A model generated the notes under the pieces. That model was not told where the DNA came from and did not search any database. It was given only the letters and a program-made list of their open reading frames with translations. DNA of 64,000 nt from an uncultured Candidatus Saccharibacteria bacterium (GTDB taxonomy: Bacteria; Patescibacteriota; Minisyncoccia; Phycocordibacterales; UBA9973): contig CAZUZL010000004.1 in assembly GCA_964625065.1 (NCBI GenBank), positions 11,040 through 75,039 of the forward strand, written 5' to 3'. This document shows, in pieces, positions 16,015 through 24,692 of the stretch. Both the position numbers and the translations under genes were made by a program. Within the stretch, counting starts at the first letter, position 1, and each line of letters starts with the position of its first letter.

Positions 16015-18210
16015 ATGGAAAAAGACATTCCGGCTAAATTACTAGCCCCGTATAACCCTACCGAAACAGAGTCTCGCATTTACAAAATGTGGGAAGAATC
16101 TGGCTTTTTTAACCCCGATGTCTGCGTCGAAAAAGGTGTAACTGCACCTGATGCACCAACTTATTCTATAGTTATGCCCCCGCCAAACGTTACCGGTGTT
16201 CTACACATGGGCCATGCGCTGATGTTAACAGTGCAAGACATATTTATACGCTACAAACGTATGAACGGTTTCCGTACATTATGGATACCAGGTACAGACC
16301 ATGCTGCCATAGCCACACAGTCCAAAGTTGAAAAAGATATTCAGAAAAAAGAAGGTAAAACTAGACACGACCTAGGCCGTGAAGAAATGCTTCGTCGCAT
16401 AGAAATATTTGCCCAAGAAAGCCACGACACAATTGCGTCACAAATACGTGTTATGGGTAGTTCTTGCGACTGGTCTCGAGAAACTTTTACATTAGACGAA
16501 CCACGTACACTAGCAGTACGCACAATGTTTAAAAAAATGTACGACGACGGGCTAATATACCGTGGCCACCGCATAGTAAACTGGGACCCAAAAGGTCAAA
16601 CAACAATTTCAGACGACGAAATAGTTTACGAAGCACGCAAATCTGTTTTATACACATTTAAATATTCTAAAGACTTCCCTATTGCTATATCTACAACACG
16701 TCCTGAAACAAAGGTTGGCGATGTGGCCGTAGCCGTACACCCCGAAGACGAACGATATACACAATACGTTGGCAAGGAATACGATGTGGTTTTTTGTGGT
16801 GTTCCACTACATATTAAAATCATCGCAGACAACGCCGTAGAAAAAGACTTTGGTACAGGTGCATTAGGTGTTACACCAGCACATTCTATTATCGACTGGG
16901 AAATGTCTGAAAGACATAACCTACCTCAGCCGCAAGTTATAAACGAATACGCCAAAATGACAGTTGGCGGCGAAGACTTGCTTGGTAAAAAAGTTACCGA
17001 AGCCCGCGAAGTAATAGTACAATGGCTACGCGACGAAGGTTTGCTAGAAAATGAAAAAGAAACTGACCAAAATGTTGCTACAGCAGAACGCACAGGCGGT
17101 ATTATAGAACCGTTACCTAAACTTCAATGGTTTATAAATGTTAACAAACCTATTCCTGAACGCGACAACAAAACACTTAAGGAACTAATGCGCGCACCAG
17201 TAGCAGATGGACAAATAAAAATAATACCTGACTATTTTGGTAAAACATATTTCCACTGGATAGACAACTTAAAAGACTGGTGTATATCACGCCAAATATG
17301 GTACGGGCACCGTATACCAGTGTGGTACCGTGGTGACGAAATATACACAGGTGTAAATGCACCCGAGGGCGCAGACTGGACACAAGATGGAGACACTTTG
17401 GACACATGGTTTTCTTCAGCATTGTGGACATTTTCTACATTAGGTTGGCCTAACAATACAAAAGACCTAGAACTATACCACCCAACAGACATGTTAGAAA
17501 CTGGTTACGAAATACTTTTCTTTTGGGTTGCCCGCATGATACTAATGACAGAATATGCATTAGGTACAATACCTTTTAAAAATATTTATCTAAACGGAAC
17601 TGTGCGCGACGCAAAAGGCCAAAAAATGTCTAAATCGTTGGGCAACGGAATCGACCCACTTGAAATAGCAGAAAAATATGGTTCAGATGCAGGGCGCATG
17701 TCACTGATAGTTGGCACAGCACCTGGTACAGATTCAAAAGTTTCAGAAGACAAAATAAAAGGTTACAAAAACTTTGCTAACAAAATCTGGAACATTACCC
17801 GATTTATACTAACCAGTGCACCAACATATTCAGACAGTGCGCAACTGACAGATGTAGATCAGGCACATTACGTTGCATGGCAGGACACAGCACGTGACAT
17901 AACTAAAAACATAGAAAACTACCAACTACACTTAGCGTCAGACAGTATATACCACTACCTGTGGGACACATTTGCATCAACATTAATCGAAGATAGTAAA
18001 CCTATATTGTCAGGTACTGACACAGTTGCACAACAGTCACGCACAAGGCTACTAAACCAAATACTACGCGAATCTATAACTGTACTACATCCGTTTATGC
18101 CGTTCGTTACCGAGGAACTTTGGGCACTATTACCAGCCCGACTAGAAAGTCTTTCTGGCGGGAATAATAAACAACTACTATGCGTTACCCGCTGGCCTTA
18201 CCAGGCGTAA
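16015..18210 (+). CDS. valS: Valine--tRNA ligase, C-terminally shortened; the coiled-coil tRNA-binding extension is absent
   Basis: HIGH-type motif PPPNVTGVLHMGHA and KMSKSLGN. The editing and anticodon-binding regions are present. The protein ends at ...VTRWPYQA after about 730 aa, against about 880 aa usually. The ORF-track start at 15991 is a GTG; a TATAAT box lies 6 nt before the ATG at 16015. Confidence 0.85.
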   Translation: MEKDIPAKLLAPYNPTETESRIYKMWEESGFFNPDVCVEKGVTAPDAPTYSIVMPPPNVTGVLHMGHALMLTVQDIFIRYKRMNGFRTLWIPGTDHAAIATQSKVEKDIQKKEGKTRHDLGREEMLRRIEIFAQESHDTIASQIRVMGSSCDWSRETFTLDEPRTLAVRTMFKKMYDDGLIYRGHRIVNWDPKGQTTISDDEIVYEARKSVLYTFKYSKDFPIAISTTRPETKVGDVAVAVHPEDERYTQYVGKEYDVVFCGVPLHIKIIADNAVEKDFGTGALGVTPAHSIIDWEMSERHNLPQPQVINEYAKMTVGGEDLLGKKVTEAREVIVQWLRDEGLLENEKETDQNVATAERTGGIIEPLPKLQWFINVNKPIPERDNKTLKELMRAPVADGQIKIIPDYFGKTYFHWIDNLKDWCISRQIWYGHRIPVWYRGDEIYTGVNAPEGADWTQDGDTLDTWFSSALWTFSTLGWPNNTKDLELYHPTDMLETGYEILFFWVARMILMTEYALGTIPFKNIYLNGTVRDAKGQKMSKSLGNGIDPLEIAEKYGSDAGRMSLIVGTAPGTDSKVSEDKIKGYKNFANKIWNITRFILTSAPTYSDSAQLTDVDQAHYVAWQDTARDITKNIENYQLHLASDSIYHYLWDTFASTLIEDSKPILSGTDTVAQQSRTRLLNQILRESITVLHPFMPFVTEELWALLPARLESLSGGNNKQLLCVTRWPYQA

Positions 18211-18923
18211 AAGAATTTGCATATGCAACAGTCGGTGGTGTTGGACCCACATTGCTTTGGTTATGGTTTTGGTTACGCCAAGAAGACGAAGGCCACACAG
18301 AACCCCGTGGGCTAATACTACTGTGTTACATCATGGGTGGTTTAATGGTTATGCTTGCTATACCACTACAGAAACTTGCTAGCCATTTTACGGGTATGGT
18401 GGGTTTGTTGCCCATAGTGTTGTGGGCCAGTATAGAGGAACTTTTAAAATACAAAGCTGTTTCAGTACTAGCACTTAAAAGTAAATTCGCCGACCGTGCT
18501 ATCGACTTCCCCATGTATATGATAGCCGGTGCACTGGGTTTTGCAGCATGCGAAAACATTTTGTATCTACTACACCCACTAACCCAGGGCGACATGACGG
18601 TTAGTTTACTAACAACTAACTTACGTTTTCTTGGTTCGTCACTACTACATGCCATGTCTTCGTCGTTGATTGGTATTAGTTTAGGTTTGTCGTACTACCG
18701 TGGTTGGGTAAGTAGAAAAATATATTTATTTTTCGGAATAATTTCTGCAATTGCCTTGCATAGTGCGTTTAATTTTTTTATAATGAATAAGACCGGTGTA
18801 CACACATGGCAAACATTAGCTATGTTGTGGGTTTTCACGGTAATAACCATTCTCATGTTCGAGAAATTAAAACGTATTAAAACGCCCGCATACACGGGCA
18901 TAATTATAAACAACAATGCTTAA
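18180..18923 (+). CDS. PrsW-family intramembrane metalloprotease-like membrane protein
   Basis: Polytopic membrane protein carrying the EELLK (EExxK), HAMSSS and HSAFNF motifs typical of PrsW/CPBP proteases. It overlaps the end of valS by 31 nt. Confidence 0.5.
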   Translation: MRYPLALPGVKEFAYATVGGVGPTLLWLWFWLRQEDEGHTEPRGLILLCYIMGGLMVMLAIPLQKLASHFTGMVGLLPIVLWASIEELLKYKAVSVLALKSKFADRAIDFPMYMIAGALGFAACENILYLLHPLTQGDMTVSLLTTNLRFLGSSLLHAMSSSLIGISLGLSYYRGWVSRKIYLFFGIISAIALHSAFNFFIMNKTGVHTWQTLAMLWVFTVITILMFEKLKRIKTPAYTGIIINNNA

Positions 18924-19416
18924 AAAAAGATCTTTCTTTGAACGACTAACAGGCGGTATCAGACTAGAAGACGAAACTGAAGCCGAAACAACAACACAAC
19001 CTGAAAAATCAGTTGCTCCACAAAAAACCATGGCCATTCACCCGTCGGGCGAATCTACAAACATAGTTGCAGAAGACGAACCCGAAGAAGGCCAGTTAAC
19101 AGTGGACGTATACGAAACCCCTAACGAAATAATCGTTCAGGCATTTGTTGCTGGTGTTAAACCCGAAGATTTGACCATAACCATAACCCGTAACACAGTT
19201 CTAATACGTGGGCGCCGTGAAGAAAACAAAACCATAATGCACGACGACTATATTTCGCGCGAACTGTACTGGGGTGCGTTTTCTAGAACAATTGAACTAC
19301 CTGTAGAAGTAGAACCCGAAGCCGCAGATGCAATAGAAAAACACGGGCTACTATCTATAAAGGTACCTAAAATAGATAAAAGTAAAAAGGCTAGTTTGAA
19401 AGTTAAATCACTATAA
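18916..19416 (+). CDS. Hsp20/alpha-crystallin family small heat-shock protein
   Basis: Alpha-crystallin domain LTVDVYETPNEIIVQAFVAGVKPEDLTITITRNTVLIRG...GAFSRTIELP...LLSIKVPK. A terminator follows at 19425-19448. Confidence 0.85.
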   Translation: MLKKRSFFERLTGGIRLEDETEAETTTQPEKSVAPQKTMAIHPSGESTNIVAEDEPEEGQLTVDVYETPNEIIVQAFVAGVKPEDLTITITRNTVLIRGRREENKTIMHDDYISRELYWGAFSRTIELPVEVEPEAADAIEKHGLLSIKVPKIDKSKKASLKVKSL

Positions 19417-19424
19417 AACAAAAC

Positions 19425-19448
19425 AAAAAACCGCAAATGCGGTTTTTT
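19425..19448 (+). terminator. Rho-independent terminator
   Basis: Hairpin aaccgca-aat-gcggtt followed by a T-run. Confidence 0.7.
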
Positions 19449-19488
19449 GTTTTGTGCTTGAGGGCAAGCTTGTAAGCCGACATATTTG

Positions 19489-19561
19489 TGCCTAGGACCA
19501 GGGTTGAACTGGTGACCCTTCGCTCTTCAGGCGAATGCTCTACCAACTGAGCTACCTAGGC
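19489..19561 (-). tRNA. tRNA-Phe (anticodon GAA)
   Basis: Reverse complement is GCCTAGGTAGCTCAGTTGGTAGAGCATTCGCCTGAAGAGCGAAGGGTCACCAGTTCAACCCTGGTCCTAGGCA. The anticodon loop is CTGAAGA and the acceptor is GCCTAGG/CCTAGGC. Confidence 0.9.
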
Positions 19562-19652
19562 ATTTAACTTTTTAATTATAGCAAAATACGTCCTTTTTGC
19601 AAGTCGAACAAGATAGTTTATAGCTTAGAGCATCTTGTGCTATATTTTAATT

Positions 19653-20027
19653 ATGAGAATATGTAAACTTTGTAATAATACATTTAAAAGTTACCAAAGT
19701 AGATGTGTGTCTAGATGCGGTTCTTGTAATACAAAGATTAGACGTTTCAGGGTAAAAGACGCTGCAATAAAATACTTAGGAGGTAAATGTACAAAATGCA
19801 ATTGGAGCGGAAATCAAGCAGCATTACAGTTCCACCACAAAGATCCAAAACAAAAAGATTTTACTATTGGAAATGTTGCAAATAAAAGTTTGGATTCGGT
19901 AAAAAAGGAAATAAAAAAAAGCATCTTACTATGCGCAAATTGCCATATGATCGAACACAGCACAAAAGATAGTGATGTATTTATTAAAGAAGCCCTTAAT
20001 TACAAGGGCAAAAGACTTATTTTATAA
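19653..20027 (+). CDS. HNH endonuclease with an N-terminal Cys-rich zinc-finger
   Basis: CKLCNN...CVSRCGSCN cysteine cluster, then the HNH core QFHHKDP...GNVAN...LLCANCHMIEH. A TATATT box lies 6 nt before the ATG at 19653. The ORF-track start at 19635 is a TTG. Confidence 0.6.
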   Translation: MRICKLCNNTFKSYQSRCVSRCGSCNTKIRRFRVKDAAIKYLGGKCTKCNWSGNQAALQFHHKDPKQKDFTIGNVANKSLDSVKKEIKKSILLCANCHMIEHSTKDSDVFIKEALNYKGKRLIL

Positions 20028-20034
20028 AATATTT

Positions 20035-20343
20035 TTATTGTCCGTTTACTCCGGTTTGACTTAGAAAGTCTTCAATGTGTTTTGCACCAGAAAGTGTTTT
20101 CATAAAATCTGGAGAAACACTAGTTTCAGAACCATCGCCACCTGTATAGGTGTTTAACAACGTGCCCATAAACGGCTTAATAAAGTAAAATGAACCTAAC
20201 GCCAGCAATATCAAGAAAATCCAATATGCAAACTTAGAATATAAGTTAACTTGGTTTAGTCGATATATCTTTTTTAATAATTGATGGTTTTCAGTTTGCT
20301 GTTTTGAAAGCGCTTCAATCATTGCCTTAGTTTCAACGTCCAT
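20035..20343 (-). CDS. Hypothetical small membrane protein
   Basis: Start set at the ATG giving MDVETKAMIEAL. The ORF-track start at 20364 is a GTG that falls inside the GTGTCGGGGTATACT promoter motif. One transmembrane segment is predicted. Confidence 0.5.
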   Translation of the reverse strand: MDVETKAMIEALSKQQTENHQLLKKIYRLNQVNLYSKFAYWIFLILLALGSFYFIKPFMGTLLNTYTGGDGSETSVSPDFMKTLSGAKHIEDFLSQTGVNGQ

Positions 20344-20349
20344 TGCAGT

Positions 20350-20385
20350 AGTATACCCCGACACTTATTTTTTTGCAAATTGACA
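20350..20385 (-). promoter_or_regulatory. Sigma70-like promoter, TTGCAA-N17-TATACT, with GGGG directly upstream of the -10; leaderless, with the ATG 6 nt after the -10
   Basis: Minus strand reads ttgcaaaaaaataagtgtcggggtatactactgcaATG. The same architecture occurs at leuS (31540-31589). Confidence 0.5.
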
Positions 20386-20513
20386 AAATAGGTGTGGGGG
20401 TATAGCAAATATACGTAAAATTTCAACTTTTATGGCACCGGGCAGATATTGCATATTTAGGCATAAAAAAACCCGATATATTTACATATATCGGGCCAAA
20501 AGAATTTTTGATA

Positions 20514-20639
20514 TTAGAACGAGTGACTCGCTCTATAAGAAAAATTCTTCTTACCATGGCATTTGCCATGGAGTTGGTTTTTGTTTGAACAAGAACTCAA
20601 AAGGATCAAAGCGGCAATGATTATAAGAATTGTTTTCAT
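20514..20639 (-). CDS. Small lipoprotein-like peptide (42 aa) with a lipobox
   Basis: MKTILIIIAALILLSSC signal peptide with an LSSC lipobox. An upstream TTGACA-N17-TATACT promoter at 20741-20775 and a leader hairpin at 20673-20719 are present. A downstream hairpin lies at 20466-20492. Confidence 0.35.
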   Translation of the reverse strand: MKTILIIIAALILLSSCSNKNQLHGKCHGKKNFSYRASHSF

Positions 20640-20740
20640 AGGAAGTGTTGGGGGTTTAAAATAGTTGTTTTGTGACTTAAATTTCCGTTTGCAGAAACTA
20701 AAGTCACAAAACAACACCCAAAATCAAATAACCTTATCTG

Positions 20741-20775
20741 TATAAAGTATAGCATATTGTGTTTGATTTGTCAAT
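20741..20775 (-). promoter_or_regulatory. Consensus sigma70 promoter (TTGACA-17-TATACT) on the minus strand, upstream of the small lipopeptide ORF
   Basis: Minus strand reads ttgacaaatcaaacacaatatgctatact. A 12-bp-stem hairpin lies in the leader at 20673-20719. Confidence 0.45.
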
Positions 20776-20808
20776 ACCCATATTCTGTGCTGTAATTAAA
20801 CGATATTG

Positions 20809-20880
20809 TGCCCCTACCCCGAATCGAACGAGGATCTACTCCTTAGGACGGAACTGTTCTATCCATTGAACTATAGGGGC
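20809..20880 (-). tRNA. tRNA-Arg (anticodon CCU)
   Basis: Reverse complement is GCCCCTATAGTTCAATGGATAGAACAGTTCCGTCCTAAGGAGTAGATCCTCGTTCGATTCGGGGTAGGGGCA. Acceptor GCCCCTA/TAGGGGC, T arm CCTCG-TTCGATT-CGGGG. Anticodon loop GTCCTAA. The anticodon stem has two G-U pairs. Confidence 0.65.
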
Positions 20881-20893
20881 AATTAGACTAAGT

Positions 20894-20917
20894 AAAAAGG
20901 CTCATAAGAGCCTTTTT
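20894..20917. terminator. Terminator hairpin
   Basis: aaaaaggctc-ataa-gagccttttt. Confidence 0.6.
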
Positions 20918-20943
20918 ACTATACGATATTTATGCCTTAAATA

Positions 20944-21183
20944 CTAGCCAGTAATACCCAACAGTTCACGTATACGAGGTTCGTTAAATCCAACTATAAG
21001 GTCGTTACCTATAGTTATAACTGGTACGCCCATTTGGCCACTTTTAGTAACCATTTCTGTGCGCTTTGCCATATCTACTGAAACATCGTATGTAGAATAC
21101 TGCACATTATGTTCAGCGAAAAACTCCTTGGCTAGGTTACAAAAATGACATGTTGGTGTTGTATATATTGCTACTGGTTTCAT
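20944..21183 (-). CDS. Glutaredoxin/NrdH-like small redox protein
   Basis: CxxC active site in TPTCHFCNLAKEF, with a thioredoxin-fold length of 79 aa. Confidence 0.75.
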   Translation of the reverse strand: MKPVAIYTTPTCHFCNLAKEFFAEHNVQYSTYDVSVDMAKRTEMVTKSGQMGVPVITIGNDLIVGFNEPRIRELLGITG

Positions 21184-21280
21184 ATATGATTTGCGGGTTA
21201 TTTATAATACGCCTATTATAACACCGTTTTAGAAAAATGAAAAAGGCCAATAATATGGGTATAATATTGGCCGGTTTTTA

Positions 21281-21592
21281 CTAAAAAATAATGTAATTAG
21301 ATCTATTTTGTTCTGTGTACACTGATAGAACAAGTATGCAGTAGCCAGTAAACGTAGTGATGCAAAAAAAGCACGCCATGATGTTTACAATAGAATCAAT
21401 TTCTACTTTAGTTACTGTAAGAACAGTACCTAACAGCGCAACAAACACATTGTGGGTTAGCACACCACCAAGTACAACAGCAAACAACAAAGAAGATGTT
21501 GCACAAATGCAAATAAATACTTTAGATATTTTCATTTTGATATATAATTTATGTTTGCATACATTATTACACAACCCGCAAACACAAGTCAA
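21281..21592 (-). CDS. Hypothetical small membrane protein; alternatively the overlapping plus-strand ORF 21357-21620
   Basis: Hydrophobic ORF. The coding strand is ambiguous. Confidence 0.25.
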   Translation of the reverse strand: MTCVCGLCNNVCKHKLYIKMKISKVFICICATSSLLFAVVLGGVLTHNVFVALLGTVLTVTKVEIDSIVNIMACFFCITTFTGYCILVLSVYTEQNRSNYIIF

Positions 21593-21603
21593 ATCTCAAA
21601 ATA

Positions 21604-21987
21604 CTATTTTTTACTTCTGAAAATGTTTTTAAGTTTATCTATAAAAGACAGGTCTGGGGCTGTTTCTACAGGCAAACTGTTTTCTGTATCGGTTATTAGT
21701 ATTACTTGTTCGCCAGGCTTGGCTACTGGGTACTGGCTACGTAGGTAGTTTTCTATACCCTGCTCGGTTTTCAAAGACTCTACTTTTGCCATCATAGCCG
21801 CTTCGTCGGCCTTAGATTTTAACACCGCCTGTTCAGCTGTGTCGCGTTTTGTTTTTACTTGGTGGTATTTACCATATACGTTGTACAAAGAAAGCGAAAG
21901 TAGCACCAAAAGTACCAACAATATAAAAAGTACTGGTTTAGTGTAGAAATAGTCTGAAGCCTTTTTGTGCATTTGAAAACCGCTCAT
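21604..21987 (-). CDS. FtsB/DivIC-like septum formation initiator
   Basis: N-terminal TM helix, a coiled-coil segment and IENYLRSQYPVAKPGEQVILI matching the family pattern E.Y.R...G..KPGE.V. Confidence 0.55.
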   Translation of the reverse strand: MSGFQMHKKASDYFYTKPVLFILLVLLVLLSLSLYNVYGKYHQVKTKRDTAEQAVLKSKADEAAMMAKVESLKTEQGIENYLRSQYPVAKPGEQVILITDTENSLPVETAPDLSFIDKLKNIFRSKK

Positions 21988-22133
21988 AATAGTGCTAGTA
22001 TAACAGTATGCTTTTCAACACACAACATAAGAAGAAGTTCCAACGAATATTTGCCGTTTTTTGTGCATTGATCATTATCTCAATGTTAACACTTCTAATC
22101 GGCCCCCTATTCCGCGGATATTAATATTAAGCA

Positions 22134-22176
22134 AAAAAGTCGGAAAAATGTTTTAAACATTTTTCCGACTTTTTTA
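22134..22176. terminator. Terminator downstream of lepA
   Basis: Long hairpin gtcggaaaaatgtttt-aaac-atttttccgac followed by a T-run. A second hairpin lies at 22205-22232. Confidence 0.6.
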
Positions 22177-22275
22177 TTTGTTTTAGATTTTATGTGTAAA
22201 TCTAAATGCACTAGGCAAGACCTAGTGCATTTTGAATTTTTCTGTCACCTGTAACCTGCCCACTATAACCTGCTT

Positions 22276-24087
22276 TTAGTCCTTCATCATTTTTACAAAG
22301 ACGTCTTGGTCTATGTGTACCCGGCCTTCGGCCTTCATACGTTTCTTACCTTTTTTCTGCTTTTCCCATAGCTTCATACGGCGTGTAATGTCGCCCCCGT
22401 ACATGTGCTGTGTTACATCCTTTTTAAAGGCAGACATGCCCTTAGAAGCCAATATACGGCCCAAGGCAACGCCCTGGATCTTAAATGCGAACTGTTCGCG
22501 GGACAGCAGTTGTTCCAGCTTTTCTACGGCTTTTTCAGCTTCGCCCTGAACACGGCGTTTAGCAATAACACGGGAAAAAGCAGGTACAACTTCGTCGGCA
22601 ATTACAATGTCTAAACGGGTTACGTCAGCTTCGCGCATGTCGGCCATTTCGTATGATATAGATGCATAGCCAGAAGAAACACTTTTTAGTTCATCAAAAA
22701 AGTTACGCATCATTTCGCGTAGTGGCATAGTAAGTCCGATACGAGAACGACTGTCGCCAAAGTTTATAACTTCGTGCACTTCGGCTTCATGGTCGTACAG
22801 CATTGGCATTAGTGGACTAACATATGTAGTCGGTGTAATTATAGTTGCATTTACCCATGGTTCCATAACCTTGGCAACCTGGCCGTCGTTTGGAAACATT
22901 ATAGGAGTGTAAACAGTTTCCTCCTTAGCAGGTACACCGGGACTAGCTTTATATGTAATAACATATGTAATAGAAGGTGTAGTTACAATTAGTTCCAAAC
23001 TAAATTCACGTCGTAAACGTTCAGTAATAATTTCAAGGTGTAACATACCTAAGAAACCACAACGAAAACCACGGCCTAATATACCTGAGGTTTCTTCTTC
23101 ATGACTAAATGACGAATCAGACAAACGTAAACGGTCTAATGCTTTTTTAAGTTCTGGAAAGTCATCTTGCGACTCTGGGTAAACAGATGCCCATACAACA
23201 GGACTGGGTTTAAAATACCCCGGAATAAGTTCCATTGGTTTTCTGGTAAATGTAATAGTGTCACCTACTGACGCTATACCTGGTTTTTTAATACCAGTTA
23301 CCATGTAACCGATTTCACCCATTGCTAGTTCAGGTAGTGCTTTTTCTGTTGGCACAAATGTACCAACTTCTAGTGGACTAAACTGTTCGCCTGACACACC
23401 GAAAACAAGGTTGTCGCCTTTTTTAAAACTACCATCGATAACACGCACATAAACTATAACCCCACGGTGGTTTGAATATTGGAAATCAAACACAAGTGCA
23501 CGACCAGTGTCGGAAGCAACAACACCAGCTGGTGGTGGTACTATGTCTATTATTTTCTGTAGTAGTTCAGGTACGCCCTGTCCAGTACGGCCAGATACTA
23601 ACAGTATTGTAGCTGGATCAATGTCTAACAATGTGGCAACTTCTGCACGTACATCGTCTACGCGGGCTAATGGTGAATCTACTTTAGACAAAACTGGTAT
23701 TATAGTTAGCCCAGATTCGCGTGCCATACCTAGTGTGGTTAGTGTTTGTGCTTGCACACCTTGGGTTGCGTCTACCAGCAATATAGAGCCTTCTACAGCC
23801 TTTAGTGCGCGAGATACTTCATATGAAAAGTCGATATGCCCCGGAGTGTCGATAAGGTTCATTTCATAAGTAGGGCCACCTGCAACTGGTGTGTGTTCCA
23901 TACGCACAGGCTGCATTTTAATAGTTATGCCACGTTCGCGCTCTAGTTCCATTTGGTCCAGAACCTGGTCGCGCATGTCGCGGGCCTGTATAGTGCCGGT
24001 AACTTCTAGCATGCGGTCGGCAAGTGTCGACTTGCCGTGGTCTATATGGGCAATTATTGAAAAGTTTCGAATTCGACTTACATCCAT
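22276..24087 (-). CDS. lepA: Elongation factor 4 (LepA)
   Basis: G domain IIAHIDHGKSTLADR, DTPGHIDF and SKVD, the LepA-specific C-terminal domain and a length of about 600 aa. Confidence 0.95.
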   Translation of the reverse strand: MDVSRIRNFSIIAHIDHGKSTLADRMLEVTGTIQARDMRDQVLDQMELERERGITIKMQPVRMEHTPVAGGPTYEMNLIDTPGHIDFSYEVSRALKAVEGSILLVDATQGVQAQTLTTLGMARESGLTIIPVLSKVDSPLARVDDVRAEVATLLDIDPATILLVSGRTGQGVPELLQKIIDIVPPPAGVVASDTGRALVFDFQYSNHRGVIVYVRVIDGSFKKGDNLVFGVSGEQFSPLEVGTFVPTEKALPELAMGEIGYMVTGIKKPGIASVGDTITFTRKPMELIPGYFKPSPVVWASVYPESQDDFPELKKALDRLRLSDSSFSHEEETSGILGRGFRCGFLGMLHLEIITERLRREFSLELIVTTPSITYVITYKASPGVPAKEETVYTPIMFPNDGQVAKVMEPWVNATIITPTTYVSPLMPMLYDHEAEVHEVINFGDSRSRIGLTMPLREMMRNFFDELKSVSSGYASISYEMADMREADVTRLDIVIADEVVPAFSRVIAKRRVQGEAEKAVEKLEQLLSREQFAFKIQGVALGRILASKGMSAFKKDVTQHMYGGDITRRMKLWEKQKKGKKRMKAEGRVHIDQDVFVKMMKD

Positions 24088-24196
24088 AGGGGCTATAGTA
24101 GCAAAATAAACAACATTTTGCTACTATTCCGATTGTTTTTTAAATTAAAAAAGCGTCATCGAAATATCGATAACGCTTTAAATTTTAGCAGAAATT

Positions 24197-24583
24197 TTAG
24201 GAATGAATGTTAATATCTTTGATTTCACCACCTTCTTGAGTAGTTATTTTAATATTACTATTTTCATCAATAATAATCGAAAACCAACTAGTGCCTTGAG
24301 ACCTTACTGCATCAAAATACAGGCAAGAATTTGATATTGTAATTGAAACCTTAAAATAATCGACAGTCACTTCTTTCGATGAAAAAATGCCAGTTTTTAC
24401 CCGAAGAAAATCCATATCGTATTCAGCTACAGTGGACACAATAATTGCTGAAACGTCTTTCACAGATTCATCCATGCCTTTAGGATGAAGCTTAAAACTA
24501 ATTATCTTACCGACAAGCTTTGAAAAAGAGTCGGATTCGTTTAAATTAAGTAAGCTTTTTGCTTTTATTTCTAATGCGCTCAT
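24197..24583 (-). CDS. Hypothetical protein
   Basis: A 128-aa ORF with no recognised motif. Confidence 0.4.
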   Translation of the reverse strand: MSALEIKAKSLLNLNESDSFSKLVGKIISFKLHPKGMDESVKDVSAIIVSTVAEYDMDFLRVKTGIFSSKEVTVDYFKVSITISNSCLYFDAVRSQGTSWFSIIIDENSNIKITTQEGGEIKDINIHS

Positions 24584-24692
24584 GATTGTTTATAATTAAG
24601 GAATGTTTAACTTTTTTTATTATACACTTTTATATATAAATAGTCAATATTAAAAATATCCTGAATTATTTTAATCAAATTATTATTATATT

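Noticed and set aside
18180-18215. Frameshift joining valS to a missing C-terminal domain
   Set aside because: The overlapping downstream ORF encodes an unrelated PrsW-like membrane protein, not the ValRS coiled-coil. A natural truncation is therefore more likely than a frameshift, though raw reads could still overturn this.
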